Positions 39,792-49,903 of a DNA stretch of 64,000 nt are shown piece by piece. Source of the stretch: an uncultured Gemmatimonadales bacterium (GTDB taxonomy: Bacteria; Gemmatimonadota; Gemmatimonadetes; Longimicrobiales; RSA9); contig CAWCUS010000002.1 in assembly GCA_963798845.1 (NCBI GenBank), forward strand, positions 256,001 to 320,000, written 5' to 3'. Made by a program: the position numbers and the translations under genes. Below the pieces are notes generated by a model that worked only from the letters and a program-made list of their open reading frames with translations, was not told the DNA's origin and searched no databases. Position 1 is the first letter of the stretch; each line of letters opens with the position of its first letter.

Positions 39792-42700
39792 GGGTCGCCC
39801 CCTTCCTCATGTGGTTGCTGGCCAGCTCCGCCGCGCGGCGGCCCGTGGCCACCGCCTGCGTCACAGTGCCGTGGCCGAACGCCGCATCGCCGCACGCGAA
39901 CACGCCCTGCCGCGACGTGGCCCCGGCGAAGTTGACGTCGATCCGACCGTTCGCCCGGATGCCGCTCCCGTCCAGGAACGCCAGGTCCGTCTGCTCTCCC
40001 ACGGCCAGGATCACCGCGTCACACTGCTCGATCTCCTCGCTCTCCGCCACGGGTACCGGGCGCCGGCGCCCGCTCCCGTCCGGCTCCCCCTGCGCCATGG
40101 CGATGGTCTCGAGCGCGGTCATCCGCCCGCCCTCTGCCACCACCCGGATCGGCGCCCGCTGGAACCGGAACGTCACCCCCTCCTCCCGCGCCTCCTCGAC
40201 TTCGTCGGGGATGGCGGGCATCTCGCGTTCCGTACGCCGGTAGACCACGTCCACCGTGGCGCCCAGCCGGCGGGCCGCGCGGGCGCAGTCGATGGCCGTG
40301 TTCCCGCCGCCCACCACCGTGACGCGGCGACCCAGCTCCACGGTCTCGCCGGCGTTGAAGCGGCGGAGGAACTCGAGCCCGCCCAGCACGGACCCGGGCG
40401 CGTCGACGGCGCCCTCGAGCGTGATGGCGCGAGCGGCGTGCTGGCCCACGGCCACGATCACCGCGTCGTGCTCGTCCGCCAGCTCCGCCAGCGTCGTGTC
40501 CCGGCCGATTCGGGCGCCCGTGCGGAACTCCACGCCAATCGCCGTGAACCGGGCCAGCTCGGCGTCCAGCACCTCGCGCGGGAGGCGGAACGGAGGGATG
40601 CCGCTCCGGAGCATGCCGCCGGGCGCAGCGTCGGCCTCGAAGACCGTGACGCGCCACCCCTTGCGACGGAGCTGCCACGCCGCGGCAAGTCCGGCGGGGC
40701 CCGACCCGATCACCGCCACCGAGCGACCGAGCTCCTCGCCCGGGGAGAGCGTGTCTGCCGGGTAGTTCTCGATCGCCCAGTCGCCCAGAAACTGCTCCAC
40801 CGCCCGCACCGATATCTTGTTCGGGCCGGCCGGGAACCGCTCCACCAGCGAGCGGTGGCGACCCGCGTACGTGGCCGCCTGCGGGAACCCGAGGGCGTTC
40901 ACGTCGTGGTCGCAGGGGTGGGGACAGACACGGGCCGAGACCGCAGGCAGCGGATTCGAGCGCAGCACGACCTCGAGCGCGTCGGCGAGCCGCCCCTGGT
41001 CCACCAGCTCCAGCATGAGCGAGACGTCGATCCCCGCGTTGCAGTCGGCGCACACCTGCTGACAGAGCGTGCAGCCGTTGCAGAGGAGGTCGTTCACCGC
41101 GAGACGACCGTCGCTCTCCTCGATGGCCGGGCAACCCAGCCGGGTGCACGCAAAGCAGTCCGTGCATCGGTCGGCCTCGAGGAAGATCGGGTCGCCGAAC
41201 GAGACCTTCTCCTTGAGCACGCACGGCTTCTCGGCCACCACCACCGCCGGGGCGTCCGTCCCGGACGCCTGATCCAGAGTGCGCCATGCGCCCAGGAGGT
41301 CGTACGGGTCCACCGTGCGGACGTCCTCCACGCCAACGGCCCGGGCGATCGCGGCGATGTCGATGCGCGGCGCGTCGCCCTGGCCGAGCGTGTGCCCGGT
41401 GCCCGGGTGATCCTGGTGCCCGGTCATGGCGGTGGTCCGGTTGTCCAGCACCACCACCGTCCCCTTGCCCCGGTTGTAGACCACGTCCATCAGCCCCGTG
41501 ACGCCGGAGTGATAGAACGTGGAGTCCCCGATCACGCTCACCACCCGCTTCGCATCCGCCGGCGCCAGCACCTTCGCCATGCCGTGCGCCATGCCGATGG
41601 AAGCGCCCATGTTCATGCACGCATCCATGGCATCCAGCGGCGCGAGCGCGCCGAGCGTGTAGCAGCCGATGTCCCCGCTCACGATCGCATCCATGCGCCC
41701 CAGGGCGTGGAACACGCCGCGGTGCGAGCACCCCGGACAGAGCGCCGGCGGCCGTGACGGCAGCGCCGCGGGTACGTCCGCACCCGCCCCGGCGCCGTCC
41801 GCCTCCTCACGGGGAGTGACGCCCGGCCCGGCGACCGCGCGACGAAGCAGCCCCACGCTCAGCTCGCCATACCGTGGCCACGCACGCGCCTCCACCGCCA
41901 CGCCGCGCGCCCGGATCTGCTCCTCGAGGAACGGCTCCAGCTCTTCCGCAACGAACAGCCGCTTCCCCGCGTGCTCCTCAGCGAACTGCCGGATCGCAGC
42001 CTCCGGGAGTGGATACGTCATCCCGAGGCGGAGCACCGGCGCCGCCGGGAAGGCCTCCCGGACGTAGAGGTAGGGGACACCGGCGGTGATGAAGGCGACG
42101 TCGCCTTCGCCCGGCTCCGCTTCCGCCCACCGCTCGGCTTCCGCGGCGAGCGCCGGCATCCGCTCCTCCTCGATCCAGCGGTGGCGGATCCGGCCATGGG
42201 CGGGGAGCACCACGTTCTTCTGACGATCCTTGTGATACGCCCGAAGTCCCACGGGCTCCCGCTTCCCGGCTTCCACCGGCCCCGTGCCGTGGCTCAGGCG
42301 CGTCGTGGTCCGGAGCAGCACCGGCGTGTCGTACCGCTCGGACAGCGCGAAAGCCGCGGCCGTGTAGCGCCGCGCGTCCGCCGGCGTCGACGGCTCCAGA
42401 AGCGGGATGCGGGCGTGGCGGGCGAACAGGCGGTTGTCCTGCTCGTTCTGAGACGAGTGCATGCCGGGGTCGTCGGCGCTCACGACCACCAGCCCGCCGT
42501 TCACCCCCATGTATGCGGACGAGAAGAGCGGGTCGGCCGCCACGTTCACGCCGACGTGCTTCATCGTGGCCAGCGCCCGAGCGCCGCCCAGTGACGCGCC
42601 CACAGCCACTTCCAGCGCCACTTTCTCGTTCGGCGACCACTCGCAGTCGACGCCGCCGAGGTGCGAAAGCGCTTCCAGGATCTCCGTGCTCGGCGTGCCC

Positions 42701-42864
42701 GGGTAGCCGGCGCCCACCCGCACCCCGGCTTCCCACGCCCCCCGCGCGATCGCCTGGTTCCCCGACAACGGCAGCCGCCGGCCCCCGGACCCGCTACCGG
42801 AAGCGACGCCCACCCACGCGCGCTCCTGCCTCTCTGGCCGCGCTGCGGCCCTTCTATCCGTCAT
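39781..42864 (-). CDS. iorA: Indolepyruvate/arylpyruvate oxidoreductase alpha subunit fused to a GltD-like FAD/NAD(P) oxidoreductase
   Basis: GN.AIARGA, GYPGTPSTE, MKHVG.NVA.D, DDPG.HSSQNEQD, CPGCSH, GDIGCY, GDSTF.HSG, TAMTG.Q, two [4Fe-4S] motifs; then NPLP...RVCPHPC, IGSGPAG, GGGNTAID. Confidence 0.9.
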   Translation of the reverse strand: MTDRRAAARPERQERAWVGVASGSGSGGRRLPLSGNQAIARGAWEAGVRVGAGYPGTPSTEILEALSHLGGVDCEWSPNEKVALEVAVGASLGGARALATMKHVGVNVAADPLFSSAYMGVNGGLVVVSADDPGMHSSQNEQDNRLFARHARIPLLEPSTPADARRYTAAAFALSERYDTPVLLRTTTRLSHGTGPVEAGKREPVGLRAYHKDRQKNVVLPAHGRIRHRWIEEERMPALAAEAERWAEAEPGEGDVAFITAGVPYLYVREAFPAAPVLRLGMTYPLPEAAIRQFAEEHAGKRLFVAEELEPFLEEQIRARGVAVEARAWPRYGELSVGLLRRAVAGPGVTPREEADGAGAGADVPAALPSRPPALCPGCSHRGVFHALGRMDAIVSGDIGCYTLGALAPLDAMDACMNMGASIGMAHGMAKVLAPADAKRVVSVIGDSTFYHSGVTGLMDVVYNRGKGTVVVLDNRTTAMTGHQDHPGTGHTLGQGDAPRIDIAAIARAVGVEDVRTVDPYDLLGAWRTLDQASGTDAPAVVVAEKPCVLKEKVSFGDPIFLEADRCTDCFACTRLGCPAIEESDGRLAVNDLLCNGCTLCQQVCADCNAGIDVSLMLELVDQGRLADALEVVLRSNPLPAVSARVCPHPCDHDVNALGFPQAATYAGRHRSLVERFPAGPNKISVRAVEQFLGDWAIENYPADTLSPGEELGRSVAVIGSGPAGLAAAWQLRRKGWRVTVFEADAAPGGMLRSGIPPFRLPREVLDAELARFTAIGVEFRTGARIGRDTTLAELADEHDAVIVAVGQHAARAITLEGAVDAPGSVLGGLEFLRRFNAGETVELGRRVTVVGGGNTAIDCARAARRLGATVDVVYRRTEREMPAIPDEVEEAREEGVTFRFQRAPIRVVAEGGRMTALETIAMAQGEPDGSGRRRPVPVAESEEIEQCDAVILAVGEQTDLAFLDGSGIRANGRIDVNFAGATSRQGVFACGDAAFGHGTVTQAVATGRRAAELASNHMRKGATRDR

Positions 42865-43049
42865 CCGGCTCGCTCCGGAGTTGCTGACCGGGTGCTCCCG
42901 TCACACACTCGAAAAGCTACCCCGGATGCTCAACCGTACAATCGGGGATTCACTGATTTCCCCGGGCTCCTTATCGGGAGTTTCCCCCCTCGGCACGTAG
43001 GGGTTTCGCCCGCGGACGCGCGATCGCACACCCGCGCCCGAGGACGTCG

Positions 43050-43520
43050 CTATGTCCTCGCGACGTCCCCGCCAGCACCGCGCCGCCGCACCAGAAACCG
43101 GAGCTCGCCCGCCTGGACAACCTCGCGGCCCGCCCTCAGCTCCGCCGACAGAGTCACCACACCCCGGTCTCCCTGCCGCGAAACCCGCTTCGACGACACC
43201 TCGAGCGCCACGTGCACCTCCGACCCGGGCACCAGCGGGGCCACGAAGTCCCAGGTCAGCCCCAGGAACGCGATCAGCGTCCCCCGCGTCAGCCCGCGCC
43301 GGTTCAGCAGACCGGTCGCCACGGCAAGACCCAGCGCACCGTGGGCAATCCGTCGGCCGAACACCGACTGCGCCGCGTACGACTCGTCCAGGTGCAGCGG
43401 GTTCACGTCCCCGGACACAGCCGCGAACGCCTCCACGTCCGCCTGCGTCACGACCCGGCTCCCGGTCAGGTAGCCGCGGCCCACCTCGAAGTCGTCGAAC
43501 GTCAGGGATTCCTCGGGCAT
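43050..43520 (-). CDS. MaoC-like (R)-specific enoyl-CoA hydratase/dehydratase
   Basis: FDDFEVG, FAAVSGD.NPLH.D..YA, IAHG; GGAG SD. Confidence 0.88.
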   Translation of the reverse strand: MPEESLTFDDFEVGRGYLTGSRVVTQADVEAFAAVSGDVNPLHLDESYAAQSVFGRRIAHGALGLAVATGLLNRRGLTRGTLIAFLGLTWDFVAPLVPGSEVHVALEVSSKRVSRQGDRGVVTLSAELRAGREVVQAGELRFLVRRRGAGGDVART

Positions 43521-43655
43521 CGTCGGCTCCTGGTCACGCGAAGGCGCTCGGTCCCCGGTGCTCCTCCGCGTGTCCGCGTGAAGACCCTTGACACCCGGGC
43601 CCCGTTGGCGACGTATTACAGCAACACTACGATCGTTAACCATTCGTGACAAGAG

Positions 43656-44513
43656 ATGCCCGCTCGACGTCCCCAGGACCTGGTGTTCACGCTCTTCGGC
43701 GATTTCCTGCTGCACCGGCCATCGCCGGTGTGGGTGGGCAGCCTGATCGCGCTGCTGGAGCCGCTGGGGCTGAGCGAAACGAACGTGCGGACGGTGCTGT
43801 CGCGGATGGCGGGGAAGGGTTGGCTGAGAGCGGAGCGGGCGGGTCGCCGCAGCTATTACGCGCTGACGGGGCGTGGCCGGCGGCTTCTGGAGGAGGGGGA
43901 GACGCGGATCTACCGGCCGCGGGATGCGGGGGGTTGGGACGGGGAGTGGACGCTGCTGGCGTATTCGATTCCGGAGGAGCAGCGGGGTCAGCGGGACCGT
44001 CTGCGGGTTCGCCTGGAGTGGCTCGGGTTCGGTTCGCTGGGGAACGGGCTGTGGGTGACTCCGCACGACGTCGCCGACCCGGTGCGTGAGATGGCGGATG
44101 AGCTGGAGGTGAGGGAGTACGTGGAGGTGTTCCGCGGCCGGCACCTGGGCTTGGGCGACGCCCGCGAGCTGGTGGGTCGCTGCTGGGATCTGGCGGGGCT
44201 GAACGCGCGTTACGAGGCGTTCATCGAGCGTCATCTGGACGGGTGCGTGGCGCTGAAGGAGGAGGGCCATGCGTCCATCGAGCCGCGGGACGCGTACGTA
44301 CGGCGGTTCCGGCTGGTGCACCAGTACCGGGACTTCCCGCTCCAGGACCCGTTCCTCCCCAGGGAATTGCAGCCTGAGCACTGGGCGGGGGAGTGCGCGC
44401 TGAGCCTGTTCAACCATTACCACGAGCTGCTGGCGGCGCCGGCGGACCGTTTCGTGGAGCCGCTCTTCGAAGCTGGAAGTTCACGAAGGCGGCCGGCCGT
44501 TGTGGTCAGGTGA
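43656..44513 (+). CDS. paaX: PaaX family transcriptional regulator
   Basis: LVFTLFGD, VR..LSRM...GWL, Y.LT..G, WDGEW, R.RLR..L.WLGFG, WDL..L...Y, DPFLP.EL.P..W. Confidence 0.9.
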   Translation: MPARRPQDLVFTLFGDFLLHRPSPVWVGSLIALLEPLGLSETNVRTVLSRMAGKGWLRAERAGRRSYYALTGRGRRLLEEGETRIYRPRDAGGWDGEWTLLAYSIPEEQRGQRDRLRVRLEWLGFGSLGNGLWVTPHDVADPVREMADELEVREYVEVFRGRHLGLGDARELVGRCWDLAGLNARYEAFIERHLDGCVALKEEGHASIEPRDAYVRRFRLVHQYRDFPLQDPFLPRELQPEHWAGECALSLFNHYHELLAAPADRFVEPLFEAGSSRRRPAVVVR

Positions 44514-44532
44514 GGCGACCGTCCGTGGTGGT

Positions 44533-44611
44533 ATCACACGAAGAGCGCGAAGCCACGGAGTCTCTCTCGTGATCTTCGTCTTCCTTCGTGGCCTTCCTGT
44601 CTTCGTGCGAT
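44533..44611. repeat. Imperfect palindrome built of CACGAAG / CTTCGTG units
   Basis: ATCACACGAAGA ... TCTTCGTGCGAT ends (11/12 complementary), with internal GCGAAG, CACGGAG, CTCGTG, CTTCGTC and CTTCGTG copies. Confidence 0.6.
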
Positions 44612-44623
44612 AAGGAGCCGAGC

Positions 44624-45733
44624 ATGCCGAAGTTCGAGCCGCGTCCCGCCGAGTCCTACGACTTCCGGGAGATCCTGTACGAGAAGGGCGACTGGGTGGC
44701 GCGTGTCACGCTGAACCGTCCCCACAACTACAACGCCTACTCGACGGAAGCGCTGCGCGAGCTGATCACTGCGTTCCACGACGCGGCGTTCGACGACAGG
44801 GTGGGCGTGGTGGTCTACACGGGCGCGGGGACGAAGGCGTTCTGCACGGGCGGAGACGTGAAGGAGTACGAGGTGGAGTACACGCAGCGCCCGCGTGACT
44901 ACTGGAAGTACATGCGGCTGTTCCGTGAGTATATCGAAAGCATCGTTCAGCTGGGCAAGCCCACCATCGCGCGACTGAACGGCATGGCTGTGGGCGGGGG
45001 CAACGAGAGCCAGATGGCGTGCGACCTCGCCGTGATGGCCGAGCACGCGTACATCGGCCAGGTAGGAACACGAGTGGGGAGCGTGGCGGCCGGCGGGGCG
45101 ACGCAGTGGCTCCCCCTGCTGGTCGGGGACCGGCGCGCCCGCGAGATCCTCATGTTCAACGGCCGGATCCCGCCGCGGCAGTGCCTGGACTGGGGTCTCG
45201 TGAACCGGGTGGTGCCGAGCGTGGTCAGGGACGGGGCGTTCATCGAAGGCGCGTCGTCGGAACAGATCGCAAAAGCGCAGAACGCGGAGGACGGCTACGC
45301 GATCTCGCTGGAGAAGCTGGACGAAACGGTAGCGGAGATGGCGGAGGTGCTGCTCCAGCAGTTCCCGGAATGCACCCGCTACACCAAGCAGCAGGTGAAC
45401 TTCTGGAAGGAGCTCGCGTGGAGCCAGACGGTCGGCCACGCGGGAGACTGGCTGGCGCTTCACTACTCGTCGCTCGAGCCGTGGGAAGGGATGCGGGCGT
45501 TCGTGCAGAAGCGGAAGCCCCGCTACATGGAGTTGCGGGAGCGCGCGGCGAACGGTGGCTCCAGCGAATTCCTGTGGGGCGCGCCGGGGGGCGACTGTCC
45601 CGCGTGCGGCGCGGAAGGTATTCCGACCGGCTTCAATTTCTGCGGCGCGTGCGGAGCCGAGCTGGGGACGGACGGGGCCGGCGCGGGGGCCCTCGAACCG
45701 CGGGACGCTGCGAGAGCCCCGGCGGGAGGGTGA
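44624..45733 (+). CDS. oah: 6-oxocyclohex-1-ene-1-carbonyl-CoA hydrolase (Oah/BamA/BzdY-like) with C-terminal zinc ribbon
   Basis: Crotonase fold with Oah-like motifs YNAYST, KAFCTGG..KEY...Y, Y.KYMRLF, GGAT..LP, FPECT..TK, WLAL; tail CPAC..CGAC; AAGGAG SD. Confidence 0.8.
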   Translation: MPKFEPRPAESYDFREILYEKGDWVARVTLNRPHNYNAYSTEALRELITAFHDAAFDDRVGVVVYTGAGTKAFCTGGDVKEYEVEYTQRPRDYWKYMRLFREYIESIVQLGKPTIARLNGMAVGGGNESQMACDLAVMAEHAYIGQVGTRVGSVAAGGATQWLPLLVGDRRAREILMFNGRIPPRQCLDWGLVNRVVPSVVRDGAFIEGASSEQIAKAQNAEDGYAISLEKLDETVAEMAEVLLQQFPECTRYTKQQVNFWKELAWSQTVGHAGDWLALHYSSLEPWEGMRAFVQKRKPRYMELRERAANGGSSEFLWGAPGGDCPACGAEGIPTGFNFCGACGAELGTDGAGAGALEPRDAARAPAGG

Positions 45734-45734
45734 A

Positions 45735-46502
45735 GTGGCATACCGGCACCTTCGCGTCGACACCGGCGCCGCTGTCGCCCGTGTGGTCCTGAATCGTCCT
45801 CCGCTGAACGTCCTGACCATCGAGATGCTGGACGAGCTGGTCGAGGCGATCGCGGCCGCCTCGGCGGATCCGGCGACGCGGGTGGTGGTGCTCACGGGGG
45901 AGGGCAGAGCCTTCTGCGCCGGGGTGGACGTGGCGGACCACACAGTCGAGCGCGTGGGAACAATGATCGAGTCGTTCTCCCGCGCCATCGGCGCGCTCCT
46001 GTCGATGGATCTTCCGGTGGTGGCGGCGCTGAACGGCGCCGCGCTGGGCGGCGGCCTCGAGCTCGCGCTGGCCTGCGACGTGGTCCTGGCGCGGGCGGGG
46101 TCCAAGCTGGGCCAGCCGGAAATCCGCCTCGGCGTCTTTCCCCCGGCCGCGGCGGCGCTGCTCCCCCGGCGCGTGGGAGTGCAGCGGGCGCTGGACCTGG
46201 TGCTCACGGGCCGCACGGTGACGGCAGAAGAGGCGGCCCCGATGGGGCTGGTCACGGCCGTGCTCCCGGCCGACGACTTCGGCGCGGCCGTGAACGACTA
46301 CGTGGCGCAGGTGGCCGGTCTCAGCCGGCCGGTCCTGGCGCTGGCGAAGCGAGCCGTGATCCAGGGGCTGGACCGGCCGCTGTCGGCGGCGTTGGTGGGG
46401 GCGGACACGCTGTACCTCAACGAGCTGATGGCTCTGCGCGATCCCCACGAGGGACTGGCGGCGTTCGCGGAGAAGCGCGCGCCGGTCTGGAGCGACGAGT
46501 AG
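45735..46502 (+). CDS. dch: Cyclohexa-1,5-diene-1-carbonyl-CoA hydratase (Dch/BzdW-like crotonase)
   Basis: RPPLNVL, FCAGVDVADH, GGGLEL, GQPEIRLGVFPP, LYL.ELM...D..EGL.AF; operon context. Confidence 0.82.
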   Translation: MAYRHLRVDTGAAVARVVLNRPPLNVLTIEMLDELVEAIAAASADPATRVVVLTGEGRAFCAGVDVADHTVERVGTMIESFSRAIGALLSMDLPVVAALNGAALGGGLELALACDVVLARAGSKLGQPEIRLGVFPPAAAALLPRRVGVQRALDLVLTGRTVTAEEAAPMGLVTAVLPADDFGAAVNDYVAQVAGLSRPVLALAKRAVIQGLDRPLSAALVGADTLYLNELMALRDPHEGLAAFAEKRAPVWSDE

Positions 46503-46503
46503 C

Positions 46504-47697
46504 ATGGCGACACCGAAGCGCGAGATCCCGGCCCCGGAGCGGCTGCTGGACATCGACCTCTCGACCCCGCTCGACGAGGTGCTGGCCCGCTGCCGCGAGG
46601 TGGTGGAGGACGCGGAGTACCCGACCGTGCGGAAGTGGCGGGAGGGTGGTGGCAAGGTGCTCGGCCACTTCCAGGTCTACTTCCCCGAGGAGCTGGCGCA
46701 CGCGGCGGGCATGCTCCCGGTGAAGATCCGGGGCGGGCAGGTGGACCGGCGGGAAGCCGACTCCCGCTTCGGCTCCGCCATCTGCTCCATCCCCCGGACC
46801 ACGCTCGAGCTCGCCATGAACGGCACGCTGGTGCCGGACCTGTTCGTCACCCACCCGATCTGCGACGTGGCCCGCAACCTGGCGGGGATCTGGGAGCGCA
46901 ACGTGACCACGCCGGCGCAGATCCTCTACTTCCCGCAGAACCCCAACTCCCGCTTCTCCGCCGACTTCCTCACCGCGGAGTACCGGCGTCTGCTGGGCGA
47001 GATCGAGGCCGTCGTGGGCCGGACGGTGGCGGAGGACGAGATCCGCGATTCGGTGGCCCTTTTCAACGAGAACCGTCGCCTGCTGCGTGAGCTCTACGCC
47101 ATCAAGCGGGAGGAGCCGTGGCGCCTGCCGGTGGACGAGGCGTACGTGCTGGTGGCGCTGGCCGGGCTCATCCCCCGGGAGGAGCACAACCACGTGCTGC
47201 GCACGATCATCCCGCGCATCCGGGAGCGCGAGGCGAGAAAGCAGGACCGGATGCGTGTGGTGTTCGAGGGTGGGTTCTGCGAGCAGCCGCCTCTCGACCT
47301 GCTCCGGTCCATCGCCCAGTTCGTGTACGTGGTGGATGACGACCTCCTCATCGGCCTGCGCTGGATCACCGAGGACGTGGATCTGGCGGGCGATCCGGTG
47401 GGCAGGCTGGCGGAAGCGTACCTGGAGCGGTCGTCGTACAGCCCCGTGCAGCACGACCTGCGCAAGCCGAAGGAGCAGATGCTGCTGCAGCGGATCCTCG
47501 CCGCACGCGCCGAGGCGGCCATCGTGGCCGCGGCCAAGATGTGCGAGCCGGGTCTGGACGAGCAGGTGGCGTACTCCCAGGCGCTGGACCGCGAGAAGAT
47601 CCCGTACTTCGTCACCGAGTTCGAGGAGAACATGACGGCCTACGACCATCTGCAGATCCAGCTCGAGACCTTCGTCGAGAACCTGCTCTTCGAGTGA
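46504..47697 (+). CDS. bcrC: Class I benzoyl-CoA reductase subunit C (gamma)
   Basis: [61 protein letters not shown]; resembles Thauera BcrC as recalled. Confidence 0.85.
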   Translation: MATPKREIPAPERLLDIDLSTPLDEVLARCREVVEDAEYPTVRKWREGGGKVLGHFQVYFPEELAHAAGMLPVKIRGGQVDRREADSRFGSAICSIPRTTLELAMNGTLVPDLFVTHPICDVARNLAGIWERNVTTPAQILYFPQNPNSRFSADFLTAEYRRLLGEIEAVVGRTVAEDEIRDSVALFNENRRLLRELYAIKREEPWRLPVDEAYVLVALAGLIPREEHNHVLRTIIPRIREREARKQDRMRVVFEGGFCEQPPLDLLRSIAQFVYVVDDDLLIGLRWITEDVDLAGDPVGRLAEAYLERSSYSPVQHDLRKPKEQMLLQRILAARAEAAIVAAAKMCEPGLDEQVAYSQALDREKIPYFVTEFEENMTAYDHLQIQLETFVENLLFE

Positions 47698-47705
47698 GGG
47701 GGCGC

Positions 47706-49037
47706 ATGAATCCGGTGACTGCGGACACGATCCACGGGCGGGCCTTCCGCCAGGGCAGGGAGCTCTTCGACGACTGGTACGGCCAGTTGACCCGCGCTCA
47801 CGAGACGGGCGAGCAGGCGGCGTACGTGTTCGTGATGGGCAGCCTGATGGAGATCCTGCGCACGTTCGGGCTTCACGGGGTCTTCCCGGAGATCAACTCG
47901 CTCCAGACTGCGGTGAAGAAGGTCTCGGACGGGTACCTGAGCCAGGCGGAGGACGAGGGCTTCTCGCCGGACGTGTGCGGCTACGTGAAAGCGGACTACG
48001 CCCTCCAGCGTCGCAACGGCGAGCACCCGCGCGGCATGATCCCGCCGCCGGCCATATCGGTGCTCACCAACGCGTGCAACACGTATCTCAAGTGGGGCGA
48101 GATCTGGGAGCGCATGTACGACGCTCCGGTCTTCACGGTGGACATCCCGCAGTCCCGCTCCGTTTCCGACAGCGCGGCGGGTGTCGGGTTCGCGGCCGAC
48201 CTGGAGTACGTGCGGCGGCAGCTGGACGAGCTGATCGAGGTGCTCGAGGGTCTCACGGGCAGGCGCTTCGACATCGACCGCTTCCGCGAGGTGCTGGGTC
48301 ACGTCAACGACATGGGGCGGCACTACCGGCGCGTGCTGGAGCTGAACGCCCGGGCGCCGGCCGCGTTCGACGCGGTGCTGGAGGGCACCATGTACCTGGG
48401 GGTGGCCAATGCGCTCCGCGGCACGAAGGAGGGCGCGGACTACTTCCGCGACCTGGCCGAGGAGCTGGAGCTGCGCATGGCCGAGGGCCGCGGGGCCCTG
48501 GGCGAGACGCCCGAGCGGCACCGCCTGATCTTCGTGGGCGTGCCCTGCTATCCGATCTTCTCGCGCTTTCACGCCATGTTCAGCGGGTGGGGCGGGGCGT
48601 TCGTGAGCTCCACCTACCTGTGGTTCGCCTCCGGCGGCCTCGACCTGGATTTCGAGTACGACCTGTCGCGCCCGCTGGAGAGCCTGGCCGAAGGCGTGCT
48701 GCGCGGCGTCCGCCGCGCCACGGACGCCATGCTGTTCCAGGACCGGCTGCTCATCGAGGCCGTGGACCGCTACCACGCGGACGGGGTGGTCTACCACCCC
48801 GTGAAGAGCTGTCGCACCGTCTCCACCAGCCTGGCCGACAGCCGCCGGGTGGTGCTCCGGGAGCGCGATGTTCTCGCTCTCTACATCGAGAGCGACATGA
48901 TGGACAAGCGGGTGGTCTCGGAAGCCCAGCTGAAGAACCGCATCGACGCCTTCTTCGAGGGGCTGGAGAGTCGGAGGCTGCGGATGAACGGCGCGGCCGC
49001 CGGCAGCGGCGCCGCCGCCAGCGAGGAGGTCGCATGA
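47706..49037 (+). CDS. bcrB: Class I benzoyl-CoA reductase subunit B (beta)
   Basis: [36 protein letters not shown]...DY, KSCR, IESD..D.R..S...KNR. Confidence 0.85.
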   Translation: MNPVTADTIHGRAFRQGRELFDDWYGQLTRAHETGEQAAYVFVMGSLMEILRTFGLHGVFPEINSLQTAVKKVSDGYLSQAEDEGFSPDVCGYVKADYALQRRNGEHPRGMIPPPAISVLTNACNTYLKWGEIWERMYDAPVFTVDIPQSRSVSDSAAGVGFAADLEYVRRQLDELIEVLEGLTGRRFDIDRFREVLGHVNDMGRHYRRVLELNARAPAAFDAVLEGTMYLGVANALRGTKEGADYFRDLAEELELRMAEGRGALGETPERHRLIFVGVPCYPIFSRFHAMFSGWGGAFVSSTYLWFASGGLDLDFEYDLSRPLESLAEGVLRGVRRATDAMLFQDRLLIEAVDRYHADGVVYHPVKSCRTVSTSLADSRRVVLRERDVLALYIESDMMDKRVVSEAQLKNRIDAFFEGLESRRLRMNGAAAGSGAAASEEVA

Positions 49038-49903
49038 GCTACGCGGGCGGAGTGGACGTCGGCTCGACCCAGACCAAGGCCGTGGTGGTGGACGGGGACC
49101 GCCGCATCGTGGGCCGCAGCCTCATCGACACGGGGGCCAACGTGGTGGAGGCGGCGGAGAACGCGTTCGCGCTGGCGCTGGCGGAGGCCGGTCTCGAGCG
49201 CGACGACGTGGACTTCGTCATCGGGACCGGCTACGGCCGCTACAAGGTGGAGTTCGGCGACACCCAGGTGACGGAGATCGTGTGCCACGCCCGCGGGGCG
49301 GCGGAGATGTTCCCGGGCACGCGCACGGTGCTGGACATGGGGGGCCAGGACACGAAGGCGATCCGGGTGCAGCGCGGTGGCGAGGTCCTGGACTTCTGCA
49401 TGAACGACAAATGCTCGGCGGGCACCGGCCGCTTCCTCCAGTCGGCGGCCGCGGCGCTGGAGCTGGACCTGGCGGAGCTCGGGCCCACGGCGCTGCGGGG
49501 GCGTCGGCCGGTGCCCATCAGCACCACGTGCACCGTGTTCGCGGAGTCGGAGGTGCTGTCGTGGCTGGCGAGGGGTCGCAAGCTAGAGGACATCCTGCTG
49601 GGCGTGCACCAGTCCATCGCCAAGCGCTCGTTCGGCCTTCTCAAGCGGGTGGGCGTGGAGGAGGAGGTGACCTTCACGGGCGGGGTGACGAAGAACCCGG
49701 CCATGGTGCACGTGCTGAACGAGCTGCTCGGCACCGAGATGAACGTGGGCGCCGAGTCCCACTTCATCGGCGCTCTGGGCGCGGCCCTGTTCGCGCTCGA
49801 GCGGGCGGAGGGCGGGGTCATCCCCGCGGGCGATCTCACCGGCGCGGCCGCGGACGGCGATGCGGCCCGGAGCTGCGCCACGGGACGGGAGGTGGTCGCA
49901 TGA
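49034..49903 (+). CDS. bcrA: Benzoyl-CoA reductase ATP-binding activator subunit (short BcrA / BzdQ-like)
   Basis: ASKHA motifs [57 protein letters not shown] overlaps at both ends. Confidence 0.8.
   Translation: MSYAGGVDVGSTQTKAVVVDGDRRIVGRSLIDTGANVVEAAENAFALALAEAGLERDDVDFVIGTGYGRYKVEFGDTQVTEIVCHARGAAEMFPGTRTVLDMGGQDTKAIRVQRGGEVLDFCMNDKCSAGTGRFLQSAAAALELDLAELGPTALRGRRPVPISTTCTVFAESEVLSWLARGRKLEDILLGVHQSIAKRSFGLLKRVGVEEEVTFTGGVTKNPAMVHVLNELLGTEMNVGAESHFIGALGAALFALERAEGGVIPAGDLTGAAADGDAARSCATGREVVA

Noticed and set aside
43521..44423. Long N-terminal extension of the MaoC ORF
   Set aside because: Antisense to paaX; the SD-linked ATG at 43520 is the plausible start.
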